From Escherichia phage ZX4221, in sequence record OR498728.1: 64,000 nucleotides of DNA; one strand, written 5' to 3'. Made by a program: the position numbers and the translations under genes. Below, one piece after another: positions 9,462 through 15,232 of this stretch (its first letter is position 1; every line of letters begins with the position of its first letter). The notes beneath the pieces were generated by a model, which searched no databases, was not told the origin of the DNA, and saw nothing but the letters and a program-made list of their open reading frames with translations.

Positions 9462-9702
9462 AGATAATCCTCTTGTCTTCTGTAATTTTGAAAGAACAGG
9501 TACAGACCAATTTCAGAGGATGAATAGTAGAGTGACTCTACCCTTTTTGATTCCTTACAGTGATTGGTATTTTTACCTTTCTTCGGGTTGTTTGATTTTC
9601 TCATTAAGTCTCCTTTGTAGAACAAGGCAGACCTACAGCTTTAAGTAAGATGGTACAGTAATCCATACAACAAGTCAAGAACTATTGCAAGTTAAAAAAG
9701 TT

Positions 9703-9727
9703 GTTGACAAAGGACTTGACAAGGTGT
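9703..9727. promoter_or_regulatory. Conserved double TTGACAA motif (copy 1) in divergent switch region
   Basis: GTTGACAAAGGACTTGACAAGGTGT; near-identical copy at 52310..52334; spacing to any -10 is not canonical. Confidence 0.45.
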
Positions 9728-9785
9728 AGGCTTATAAATACTTAGAAGATAACTTAAAAGGTTCCTCTAAAAAGGCTATTTAAAC

Positions 9786-9805
9786 AGATATCTTTCTGGA
9801 TATCT
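9786..9805. promoter_or_regulatory. Inverted repeat AGATATC-N6-GATATCT, operator-like
   Basis: Perfect 7 bp arms seen directly, ~50 bp upstream of CDS 9854. Confidence 0.35.
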
Positions 9806-9853
9806 ATCTTTTATCTTAAAAGCCTTTTAAGAGGTCTTATAAGAGGCATACCA

Positions 9854-10225
9854 ATGAAAAACAGAACAAACAAAGGCCAGTTTAAAAAAGGCCAGTCTGG
9901 AAACCCATCTGGAAGACCAAAAGGCTCTCGTAACAAAAGCTCACTTGTAAAAGCTCAACTGACCATTGATAATTCTGCTGAGTTTGCTGCAAAGTTGTTT
10001 GAGGCGATTGTTACAAGGGATGCTGCTAAGCTTGCAGAGTTCGGTTTAAACACAGATGACGTAACCATCAAGAGCATGATTGAGGTCGGTAAAACTATCA
10101 TGACTCACTCAGCAGGTGAGATGAAAGCAATTGCAGCAGATACTAAGAAGACCCCTGATAATGGTGGTCAACCACAGACAGATAACAAACCAACGTTCTC
10201 TGCTGTAGCGACTCTCAAAAAATAA
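9854..10225 (+). CDS. hypothetical protein with GNPSGRPKG motif (123 aa)
   Basis: ORF-track ORF; AAGAGG Shine-Dalgarno 8 nt upstream of ATG. Confidence 0.55.
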   Translation: MKNRTNKGQFKKGQSGNPSGRPKGSRNKSSLVKAQLTIDNSAEFAAKLFEAIVTRDAAKLAEFGLNTDDVTIKSMIEVGKTIMTHSAGEMKAIAADTKKTPDNGGQPQTDNKPTFSAVATLKK

Positions 10226-10237
10226 TTTTAAAAGGTG

Positions 10238-10267
10238 TTGACAGACTCTACAAAGTTACTCTAAAGT
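10238..10267 (+). promoter_or_regulatory. Possible sigma70-like promoter
   Basis: TTGACA at 10238, 17-18 nt spacer, weak -10 (TAAAGT). Confidence 0.3.
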
Positions 10268-10306
10268 CTGTCACATCAAACAACAAATGAGAAAAGAGAG
10301 TAAAAT

Positions 10307-11722
10307 ATGAGCGAATTATTTAAACATGCGCACCTTCATGCAGGTCGAACTGAAAATGGTGCTGTAAACCATACTTCATCAATGTCTGCTCTGGTAGACT
10401 TCTACAAAGCCGCTGGCTCAAGCCGTAGCAATGTAGAAATCTTACCAGACCTGTTCTACAAAGCTTTGCGTGAGGATGTTGATGTTGCAGTTCGTATTTT
10501 ACTGCATATGCGAGATGTACGAGAAGGTATGGGTGAGCGTAAAGCTTTCCGAACTGTTTTACTTCAAGCGATTGAAGATAAGGTTTTAGAACCTACACAG
10601 GTTCTTCGCATTATGGATAAGATTGCAGAGCTTGGTCGTTTTGATGACTTCAAAATCTTCGTAGGTACTCGTTTTGAGACAGATGCCTTCAAACATTTAG
10701 AAGCAGCATTACTAGACCCTGCAACAGCAGGTTTAGCGGCTAAGTGGTTACCACGAGTAAAACCACGCCACAAACAGTTTGTAAAACGTTTCTGTAAGTT
10801 TGCAAACTTAAGTGAGAAGGAGTATCGCACACTGTTATCTGCACTGTCCGATACGGTTGAGCAAAAAATCTCTGCTAATGAGTTTGGTAAGATTGACTAC
10901 AGCAAGATTCCTTCACTCGCTGCTGCACGTTACCAAAAGCTCTTTAACCGTAAAGATGGTGAACGTTACAAAGCTTATATCGAGTCACTCTCAAAGGGTG
11001 AGGCTAAGATTAACGCTGGTGCTGTTTACCCATACGATGTGATTAAATCTATCAAGTATGGTAATGCAGGTGTTGCTAATGAGCAGTGGAAAGCACTACC
11101 AAACTGGATGGCAGAGGGTGAAAACATCTTGTGTATGACTGATGTTTCAAGCTCAATGTCTTGGGTGAATCTTGGTTCAATCACTGCCCTTGATATTGGC
11201 GTATCACTTGCCTTGTATGTAGCAGAACGCAATACAGGTTGCTTTAAGAATGAGTTAATGGTTTATTCAACAAACCCTCACTTCATCGAACTGAGTGGTG
11301 ATTTGAGAAACCGTCACCGTCAGGTAATGCGTCATGTTGAATATGGTTCAACTAACTTACAAGCAGCTTTTGACCGCATTCTTGAAATAGGTAAGAGAAA
11401 CAACTTGACTCAGAAAGATATGCCAAGTAAGCTTATTATCTTCTCTGATATGGAGTTTAATCAGGTTGATGGTGCAAATGGTCGTACAAACTTTGAAGCA
11501 ATTCAGAGTAAGTACAAAAAAGCTGGATACGAAATGCCACAACTAGTATTCTGGTACTTAGCAAACCGTAATGGTACTTGCGAAGTATCTGTTAAAGATA
11601 ATGGTGTAGCAATGGTATCAGGGTTCTCTCCAGCCACTTTAAAAGCTCTGCTTGGTGGTGAGAAGTTTGACCCAATCAACGTAATGCTCAAAGCAGTAAT
11701 GGTTGACCGTTACATCTGGTAA
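10307..11722 (+). CDS. vWA (MIDAS) domain protein, putatively Ro60/TROVE-like RNA-binding protein
   Basis: 471 aa; C-terminal half has MIDAS-like TDVSSSM ... GSTN ... FSDME; N-terminal TENGAV...ALVDFYKAAGSSR resembles the start of TROVE domains from memory; good RBS; gene is certain, TROVE assignment is inference. Confidence 0.6.
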   Translation: MSELFKHAHLHAGRTENGAVNHTSSMSALVDFYKAAGSSRSNVEILPDLFYKALREDVDVAVRILLHMRDVREGMGERKAFRTVLLQAIEDKVLEPTQVLRIMDKIAELGRFDDFKIFVGTRFETDAFKHLEAALLDPATAGLAAKWLPRVKPRHKQFVKRFCKFANLSEKEYRTLLSALSDTVEQKISANEFGKIDYSKIPSLAAARYQKLFNRKDGERYKAYIESLSKGEAKINAGAVYPYDVIKSIKYGNAGVANEQWKALPNWMAEGENILCMTDVSSSMSWVNLGSITALDIGVSLALYVAERNTGCFKNELMVYSTNPHFIELSGDLRNRHRQVMRHVEYGSTNLQAAFDRILEIGKRNNLTQKDMPSKLIIFSDMEFNQVDGANGRTNFEAIQSKYKKAGYEMPQLVFWYLANRNGTCEVSVKDNGVAMVSGFSPATLKALLGGEKFDPINVMLKAVMVDRYIW

Positions 11723-11730
11723 AAAGTTTA

Positions 11731-11768
11731 AAAAGGGTATTGACAATGTGTTTAATACCCTTTAATAT
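11731..11768 (+). promoter_or_regulatory. Sigma70-like promoter for the tRNA array, embedded in a hairpin
   Basis: TTGACA 11740-45, 17 nt spacer, TAATAT 11763-68; flanked by 9 bp inverted repeat AAAGGGTAT/ATACCCTTT. Confidence 0.55.
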
Positions 11769-11830
11769 GTTCTACATAGAAACGAAATGAGAGCTTTTCT
11801 AAGATACTGAAAAATATTTTAAAAAAGTTC

Positions 11831-11860
11831 TTGACAACCACTAAAAAATAATGTTAAAGT
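11831..11860 (+). promoter_or_regulatory. Possible second promoter upstream of first tRNA
   Basis: TTGACA at 11831-36 with weak -10 about 17-18 nt downstream. Confidence 0.3.
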
Positions 11861-11886
11861 GGTTACATAGAGTTTGAAAAGTTTAT

Positions 11887-11963
11887 CTCTGTTTAGCTCA
11901 GCTTGGTAGAGCGTTCCGTTTGGGGCGGTAAGGCCGGAGGTTCAAGTCCTCCAACAGAGACCA
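11887..11963 (+). tRNA. tRNA-Pro (anticodon TGG)
   Basis: Hand-folded: acceptor CTCTGTT/AACAGAG, D-stem GCTC/GAGC, anticodon loop TTTGGGG, T-arm GGAGG-TTCAAGT-CCTCC, CCA encoded. Confidence 0.75.
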
Positions 11964-11970
11964 AATTAAT

Positions 11971-12048
11971 GTTCCAGTAGACAAAACGGTAAAGTCACCA
12001 CTCTTTCAAAGTGGATATTTGAGGGTTCAAATCCCTTCTGGAACGCCA
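11971..12048 (+). tRNA. tRNA-Glu (anticodon TTC)
   Basis: Acceptor GTTCCAG/CTGGAAC, anticodon stem CCACT/AGTGG with loop CTTTCAA, T-loop TTCAAAT, CCA encoded. Confidence 0.7.
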
Positions 12049-12055
12049 GTCTTGA

Positions 12056-12128
12056 CAGAAGACCAATTGCAGCAAACTTAATCTTATTCATCTGACACGA
12101 AATCGGACAAAGAAGAGATTTGGTCTGG
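12056..12128 (+). ncRNA. Stem-closed structured element A (CAGAAGACC ... GGTCTGG family), Y-RNA-like candidate
   Basis: 5' CAGAAGACCAA pairs with 3' TTGGTCTGG (7 bp); conserved 5' box CAGAAGACCnnnTnCAGCAA; inner hairpin AATCT/AGATT; directly follows tRNA-Glu. Confidence 0.4.
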
Positions 12129-12139
12129 TCATTAAGAAT

Positions 12140-12216
12140 TGCGGGTATAGAGAAAGGGCGTCTCACATGTCTCATTAGCATGGTATCGGCAGGTTCGACT
12201 CCTGCACCCGCCTCCA
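12140..12216 (+). tRNA. tRNA-Met (anticodon CAT), copy 1
   Basis: T-arm GCAGG-TTCGACT-CCTGC, acceptor TGCGGGT/ACCCGCC with mismatch at pair 1-72, anticodon loop CTCATTA; CCA encoded. Confidence 0.6.
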
Positions 12217-12222
12217 ATTTTG

Positions 12223-12283
12223 CAGAAGACCGTATTCAGCAACAAACTACTTTTTGCGGATAAAAGAAAAAAACACGGTCTGG
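12223..12283 (+). ncRNA. Stem-closed structured element B (same family)
   Basis: 5' CAGAAGACCGT pairs with 3' ACGGTCTGG (7 bp); same 5' box as element A. Confidence 0.4.
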
Positions 12284-12294
12284 CAATGTATTAA

Positions 12295-12371
12295 GGTTAG
12301 GAAGCACATAAGGTATGTGCGGTCGCCTGTTAAGCGAATGGCACAGGGTTCGAATCCCTGACTAACCGCCA
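12295..12371 (+). tRNA. tRNA-Asn (anticodon GTT)
   Basis: D-stem GCAC/GTGC, anticodon loop CTGTTAA, T-arm CAGGG-TTCGAAT-CCCTG, acceptor GGTTAGG/ACTAACC, CCA encoded. Confidence 0.7.
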
Positions 12372-12380
12372 AATTTAAAT

Positions 12381-12468
12381 GTGTCGTTATCCCGTAGATG
12401 GTAGCGGTGGGGACTGTAAATCCCTTGTCATTGAGACTCGGTAGGTTCGACTCCTACACGGCACACCA
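12381..12468 (+). tRNA. tRNA-Tyr (anticodon GTA), long variable arm
   Basis: 88 nt; acceptor GTGTCGT/ACGGCAC, anticodon stem GGGGA/TCCCT loop CTGTAAA, T-arm GTAGG-TTCGACT-CCTAC, CCA encoded. Confidence 0.7.
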
Positions 12469-12474
12469 AATAAA

Positions 12475-12552
12475 GGTTATGTAGTTTAATCTGGTTAAAA
12501 TACTCCCCTGTCACGGGAGATGATGAGGGTTCAAATCCCTTCGTAACCGCCA
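12475..12552 (+). tRNA. tRNA-Asp (anticodon GTC)
   Basis: Anticodon stem CTCCC/GGGAG perfect, loop CTGTCAC, T-loop TTCAAAT, acceptor GGTTATG/CGTAACC, CCA encoded. Confidence 0.75.
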
Positions 12553-12639
12553 AATTATAATAAGTATTTCAAGATGATGTTTTGAGAGGGCTATTTAGCC
12601 CCTCCCTTAAAGAGTTCTTACGAGTATTCTTTAAAGGAG

Positions 12640-12713
12640 CAGAAGACCAAATGCAGCAAGAATGTATGAAATTTCAAGCCAATTTAATTTTGAAAATTTA
12701 AACTTGGTCTGGC
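12640..12713 (+). ncRNA. Stem-closed structured element C (same family)
   Basis: 5' CAGAAGACCAA ... 3' TTGGTCTGG; inner hairpin AAATTTCAA/TTGAAATTT. Confidence 0.4.
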
Positions 12714-12725
12714 TCAACAAATTTA

Positions 12726-12857
12726 CAGAAGACCGTTTACAGCAAAACTTAAACAATCTATTTCTCCGGTAAAGAAAAGGCGAAGGTTCGATTCCTTCAC
12801 TCGGCAGATGTCGAGTTGGTGTAATGGTAGCACTTAAGATGATAAACAACGGTCTGG
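12726..12857 (+). ncRNA. Stem-closed structured element D enclosing a circularly permuted tRNA-like module; Y-RNA (YrlA-type) candidate
   Basis: Outer 8 bp stem AGACCGTT/AACGGTCT; inside, in order: anticodon-like arm TTTCT-CCGGTAA-AGAAA, T-arm GAAGG-TTCGATT-CCTTC, ACTCGGC-A-GAT-GTCGAGT acceptor hairpin, D-arm GTGT-AATGGTA-GCAC. Confidence 0.5.
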
Positions 12858-12860
12858 TAA

Positions 12861-12999
12861 TTATCTTTGTAGATAAGTTATTAAGCTTCCCTGTGAGTAT
12901 GCGACCACAAAGGTGAAAGGGTAGATTCTAGATTTAACCCGAAAAGACACATCGCTACAGACCTTAAGCAAGTCTGGGTAGCTTATCTACAAAGATAAT
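12861..12999 (+). ncRNA. Structured element bounded by a perfect 17 bp inverted repeat
   Basis: TTATCTTTGTAGATAAG (12861-77) and its exact reverse complement (12983-99) enclose ~105 nt with internal hairpins. Confidence 0.4.
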
Positions 13000-13004
13000 T
13001 TAAT

Positions 13005-13080
13005 GGAAGTGTAGCAGAATGGTGATGCGGCAGACTTTTAATCTGACAGGCGATGGGTTCGAATCCCTCCACTTCTACCA
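13005..13080 (+). tRNA. tRNA-Lys (anticodon TTT)
   Basis: Acceptor GGAAGTG/CACTTCT, anticodon loop CTTTTAA, T-loop TTCGAAT with imperfect T-stem ATGGG/CCCTC, CCA encoded. Confidence 0.6.
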
Positions 13081-13084
13081 ATAT

Positions 13085-13161
13085 GGTTCAGTCGCAGATA
13101 AGGTAATGCAGGGGTTTCATAAGCCCTATGAATGTGGGTTCGATTCCCATCTGAACCTCCA
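13085..13161 (+). tRNA. tRNA-Met (anticodon CAT), copy 2 (initiator, elongator or Ile-lysidine not resolved)
   Basis: Acceptor GGTTCAG/CTGAACC perfect, anticodon stem GGGGT/GCCCT loop TTCATAA, T-arm GTGGG-TTCGATT-CCCAT, CCA encoded. Confidence 0.7.
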
Positions 13162-13162
13162 A

Positions 13163-13238
13163 GCTGGTATAGTTAAGAAGGTTATAACACTCCCCTGATA
13201 AGGGAACATCGGTGGTTCGATTCCACCTACCAGTACCA
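13163..13238 (+). tRNA. tRNA-Ile (anticodon GAT)
   Basis: D-stem GTTA/TAAC, anticodon loop CTGATAA, T-arm GGTGG-TTCGATT-CCACC, acceptor GCTGGTA/TACCAGT, CCA encoded. Confidence 0.7.
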
Positions 13239-13253
13239 ATTCCAATAAAGTTG

Positions 13254-13282
13254 TTGACATTGAGATGTGACCACTTTATAGT
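13254..13282 (+). promoter_or_regulatory. Internal sigma70-like promoter within tRNA array
   Basis: TTGACA 13254-59, 17 nt spacer, TATAGT 13277-82. Confidence 0.55.
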
Positions 13283-13574
13283 AACTAAAATACTTCATAA
13301 TATGTATAATTCAAACACCAATACATGAGTGTTAGACGTAACACAATGTGGGGAAATTTGTTGTACATATTCTGAATAGTTTTCGTTGCGTAGCGTCTAT
13401 TTTGCAAACTTAAAATAAATGCAAACGACAATGTTTTTCTGGCAGTAGCTTGATAGGCTAAACACCAGTGAGGTCTTCCAACCCCTCATCAAAGAATTTG
13501 GCGTACTCGCCCACGGTATGATTAATAAGGTGGGCATCTTTAAGGGCTTTTTAAGAGAGTCTTTAAAGATTAAT

Positions 13575-13651
13575 GCACCCTTAGTTCAACTGGACAGAGC
13601 AAATGACTTCTAATCATTGAGTTACAGGTTCGAATCCTGTAGGGTGTGCCA
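13575..13651 (+). tRNA. tRNA-Arg (anticodon TCT)
   Basis: Anticodon stem AATGA/TCATT perfect, loop CTTCTAA, T-arm ACAGG-TTCGAAT-CCTGT, acceptor GCACCCT/AGGGTGT, CCA encoded. Confidence 0.75.
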
Positions 13652-13793
13652 AATAGTTAGCAGATTGCTTAGACGACCTTATCGGGTCTCCGTGTAAGGA
13701 GGTGGTCTGTATCTCATGTTTTCCAGAACATGTAAATAATCTGAGAAGGGGCTTTACAGTGTTGCGAAAATACGGTAAGCTTCGAATTATAGT

Positions 13794-13876
13794 GTGGGAC
13801 GATGTTAAGACTCTAAGGCATGAGCAACGGCCTCCAAAACCGTTTCAAAGGGGTTCAACTCCTCCGTCCCATGCCA
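13794..13876 (+). tRNA. tRNA-Trp-like (anticodon CCA) with atypical extended D-region
   Basis: Acceptor GTGGGAC/GTCCCAT, anticodon arm ACGGC-CTCCAAA-ACCGT, T-loop TTCAACT, CCA encoded; about 8 extra nt between acceptor and D-stem, so canonical fold not achieved by hand. Confidence 0.4.
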
Positions 13877-13889
13877 AAGTCTTATTAGG

Positions 13890-13977
13890 GGTAGGTAGCG
13901 GCTAATGGTAGCCAAACTGTCTTGAAAACAGTTGCCACTGTAGAGATACGGTGAGGGTTCGACTCCTTTACTTACCG
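13890..13977 (+). tRNA. tRNA-Ser (anticodon TGA), long variable arm, CCA not encoded
   Basis: Acceptor GGTAGGT/ACTTACC, 3 bp D-stem, anticodon stem ACTGT/ACAGT perfect with loop CTTGAAA, ~20 nt variable arm, T-loop TTCGACT. Confidence 0.6.
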
Positions 13978-14235
13978 CCTAATAAGATTTTACACCGTCC
14001 ATGCTTGCTCGCATTTTCGGTTTATCCCTCGTGTATTGTCGTACACACTGATAAAGCACCTAGTAGGTGTCACGGAGAAGAGATAATATCAAGCTCTCCA
14101 AAGGTTCTAGTCACCGGATTGAACAAGACTATGCAAAGACCTAAATAGGTCTTTTTAGAGGGCTTCTAAGGTTATTACAGCTTGTTGTGGAACCTTGTTG
14201 CTTAGGTTCTTAGAAGTTCTCTAAAAAGATTTAAT

Positions 14236-14312
14236 GCACCTATAGCCCAACTGGTAGAGGCAGCAGACTTAGAATCTGCTCAGTGTGAGTTCGAATCTCT
14301 CTAGGTGTACCA
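14236..14312 (+). tRNA. tRNA-Leu-type anticodon TAG, class I (short variable arm) architecture
   Basis: 77 nt; acceptor GCACCTA/TAGGTGT, anticodon stem GCAGA/TCTGC perfect, loop CTTAGAA, 5 nt variable loop, discriminator A, CCA encoded. Confidence 0.6.
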
Positions 14313-14319
14313 AATTAAT

Positions 14320-14395
14320 GCAGGTGTAGCAAAATGGTTATGCGGCTGACTCTTAATCAGTAAGACGATGGGTTCAATTCCCTCCACCTGTACCA
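14320..14395 (+). tRNA. tRNA-Lys (anticodon CTT)
   Basis: Paralog of tRNA-Lys(TTT): acceptor GCAGGTG/CACCTGT, anticodon loop CTCTTAA, T-loop TTCAATT with same imperfect T-stem, CCA encoded. Confidence 0.6.
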
Positions 14396-14401
14396 AACAT
14401 T

Positions 14402-14477
14402 GGGGATGTAGTTTACATGGTTAAAACATAAGTTTTGCAAACTTAAGTACAGGGTTCAATTCCCTGCTTCTCCACCA
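14402..14477 (+). tRNA. tRNA-Ala (anticodon TGC)
   Basis: G3:U70 wobble pair present in acceptor stem; anticodon stem TAAGT/ACTTA perfect, loop TTTGCAA; T-arm CAGGG-TTCAATT-CCCTG; CCA encoded. Confidence 0.75.
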
Positions 14478-14483
14478 ATTAGT

Positions 14484-14558
14484 GCATCCATAGTTTAAAC
14501 GGGAAAATTACAGTCTTCCAAACTGAGGTTGAGGGTTCGATTCCCTCTGGATGCTCCA
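14484..14558 (+). tRNA. tRNA-Gly (anticodon TCC)
   Basis: Acceptor GCATCCA/TGGATGC perfect, anticodon loop CTTCCAA, T-arm GAGGG-TTCGATT-CCCTC, CCA encoded. Confidence 0.75.
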
Positions 14559-14565
14559 AATTAAT

Positions 14566-14641
14566 GCTCCTATCGTATAATTGGCTATTACGGTTGCCTT
14601 GTAAGCAACTTATCAGGGTTCGAATCCTTGTGGGAGCACCA
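14566..14641 (+). tRNA. tRNA-Thr (anticodon TGT)
   Basis: Anticodon stem GTTGC/GCAAC perfect, loop CTTGTAA, T-arm CAGGG-TTCGAAT-CCTTG, acceptor GCTCCTA/TGGGAGC, CCA encoded. Confidence 0.75.
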
Positions 14642-14645
14642 ATTC

Positions 14646-14731
14646 AGAGGTCAAGTGAAAGACCGCTGGTGTCAACTGAAGACCGTAACAAATTCCACGG
14701 AGTTGAGTTAGCGGCACAACTTCAGACCTCT
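14646..14731 (+). ncRNA. Structured element E, divergent relative of the CAGAAGACC family
   Basis: Outer stem AGAGGTC/GACCTCT; contains CTGAAGACCGTAACAAATT resembling the family 5' box; nested stems CCGCT/AGCGG and CTGAAG/CTTCAG. Confidence 0.3.
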
Positions 14732-14736
14732 TTCAT

Positions 14737-14811
14737 ACTCGCTTAGTTTATATGGTAAAACATCACCCTTACAAGATGGAGAAAAAGGTTCAAGTCCTTT
14801 AGTGAGTACCA
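14737..14811 (+). tRNA. tRNA-Val (anticodon TAC)
   Basis: D-stem GTTT/AAAC, anticodon loop CTTACAA, T-arm AAAGG-TTCAAGT-CCTTT, acceptor ACTCGCT/AGTGAGT, CCA encoded. Confidence 0.7.
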
Positions 14812-14812
14812 T

Positions 14813-14890
14813 GTTCCAGTATCCCAATTGGCAGAGGATGCAAGCTCAAACCTTGTACTAGTGACGGTTCGAATCCGTCTTGGAACACCA
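14813..14890 (+). tRNA. tRNA-Leu-type anticodon CAA, class I (short variable arm) architecture
   Basis: 78 nt; acceptor GTTCCAG/TTGGAAC, anticodon stem GCAAG/CTTGT, loop CTCAAAC, ~6 nt variable loop, T-arm GACGG-TTCGAAT-CCGTC, discriminator A, CCA encoded. Confidence 0.55.
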
Positions 14891-14895
14891 ATTTT

Positions 14896-14971
14896 GCAGG
14901 ATTAGTTCAAATGGATAGAGCAACAGTCTACGAAGCTGTTAATAGGGGTTCGAATCCCTTATCCTGCGCCA
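14896..14971 (+). tRNA. tRNA-Arg (anticodon ACG)
   Basis: Acceptor GCAGGAT/ATCCTGC perfect, D-stem GTTC/GAGC, anticodon loop CTACGAA, T-loop TTCGAAT, CCA encoded. Confidence 0.75.
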
Positions 14972-14989
14972 GATAAGTAAGAGGAATTT

Positions 14990-15232
14990 ATGCAAACATT
15001 AATCGTCGTTGAACATGAAAATTCCAATAGTATTGAGTTTGTAAGGGTTCCCACTATAGATACCCACATTTTCTTGAAAGTCGGATGGGGATGTGACCCA
15101 ATAAAAGTAGAAAATTTTATTGGTCATTACTTTGGTGGAAGACAACTTAAAAGCGTCAATTTTGAGACAATGTTACCAGAAAACTCAGAAACAAATAATA
15201 ATGTTTATCTCCTTACGAGGATTAGACAATGA
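14990..15232 (+). CDS. hypothetical protein inside tRNA array (80 aa)
   Basis: AAGAGGA Shine-Dalgarno 6 nt before ATG; stop overlaps next start (ATGA). Confidence 0.45.
   Translation: MQTLIVVEHENSNSIEFVRVPTIDTHIFLKVGWGCDPIKVENFIGHYFGGRQLKSVNFETMLPENSETNNNVYLLTRIRQ

Noticed and set aside
9443-9625. 60 aa ORF at the head of the leftward operon
   Set aside because: Minimum-length ORF reaching into the divergent intergenic region with no clear RBS; likely not a gene
9703-9745. Double TTGACA as two ordinary sigma70 promoters
   Set aside because: No acceptable -10 hexamer lies 16-18 bp downstream of either TTGACA on the plus strand, and the reverse complement has TTGTCA rather than TTGACA; kept only as a conserved regulatory motif
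12759-12834. Permuted tRNA-like module as two adjacent tRNA pseudogene fragments
   Set aside because: Not excluded, but disfavoured: the 3' and 5' acceptor strands are mutually complementary across the junction and the unit is enclosed by the conserved family stem, which suggests one selected structure
11966-14746. ORF-track ORFs overlapping the tRNA array (11966..12217, 12631..12849, 13702..13905, 13951..14148, 14564..14746, and 16225..16482, 16792..17067, 17035..17262 nearby)
   Set aside because: They overlap hand-folded tRNAs or structured RNA elements, lack convincing RBS/start codons (13702 would start on GTG inside its own SD-like sequence) and are typical read-through of non-coding RNA regions
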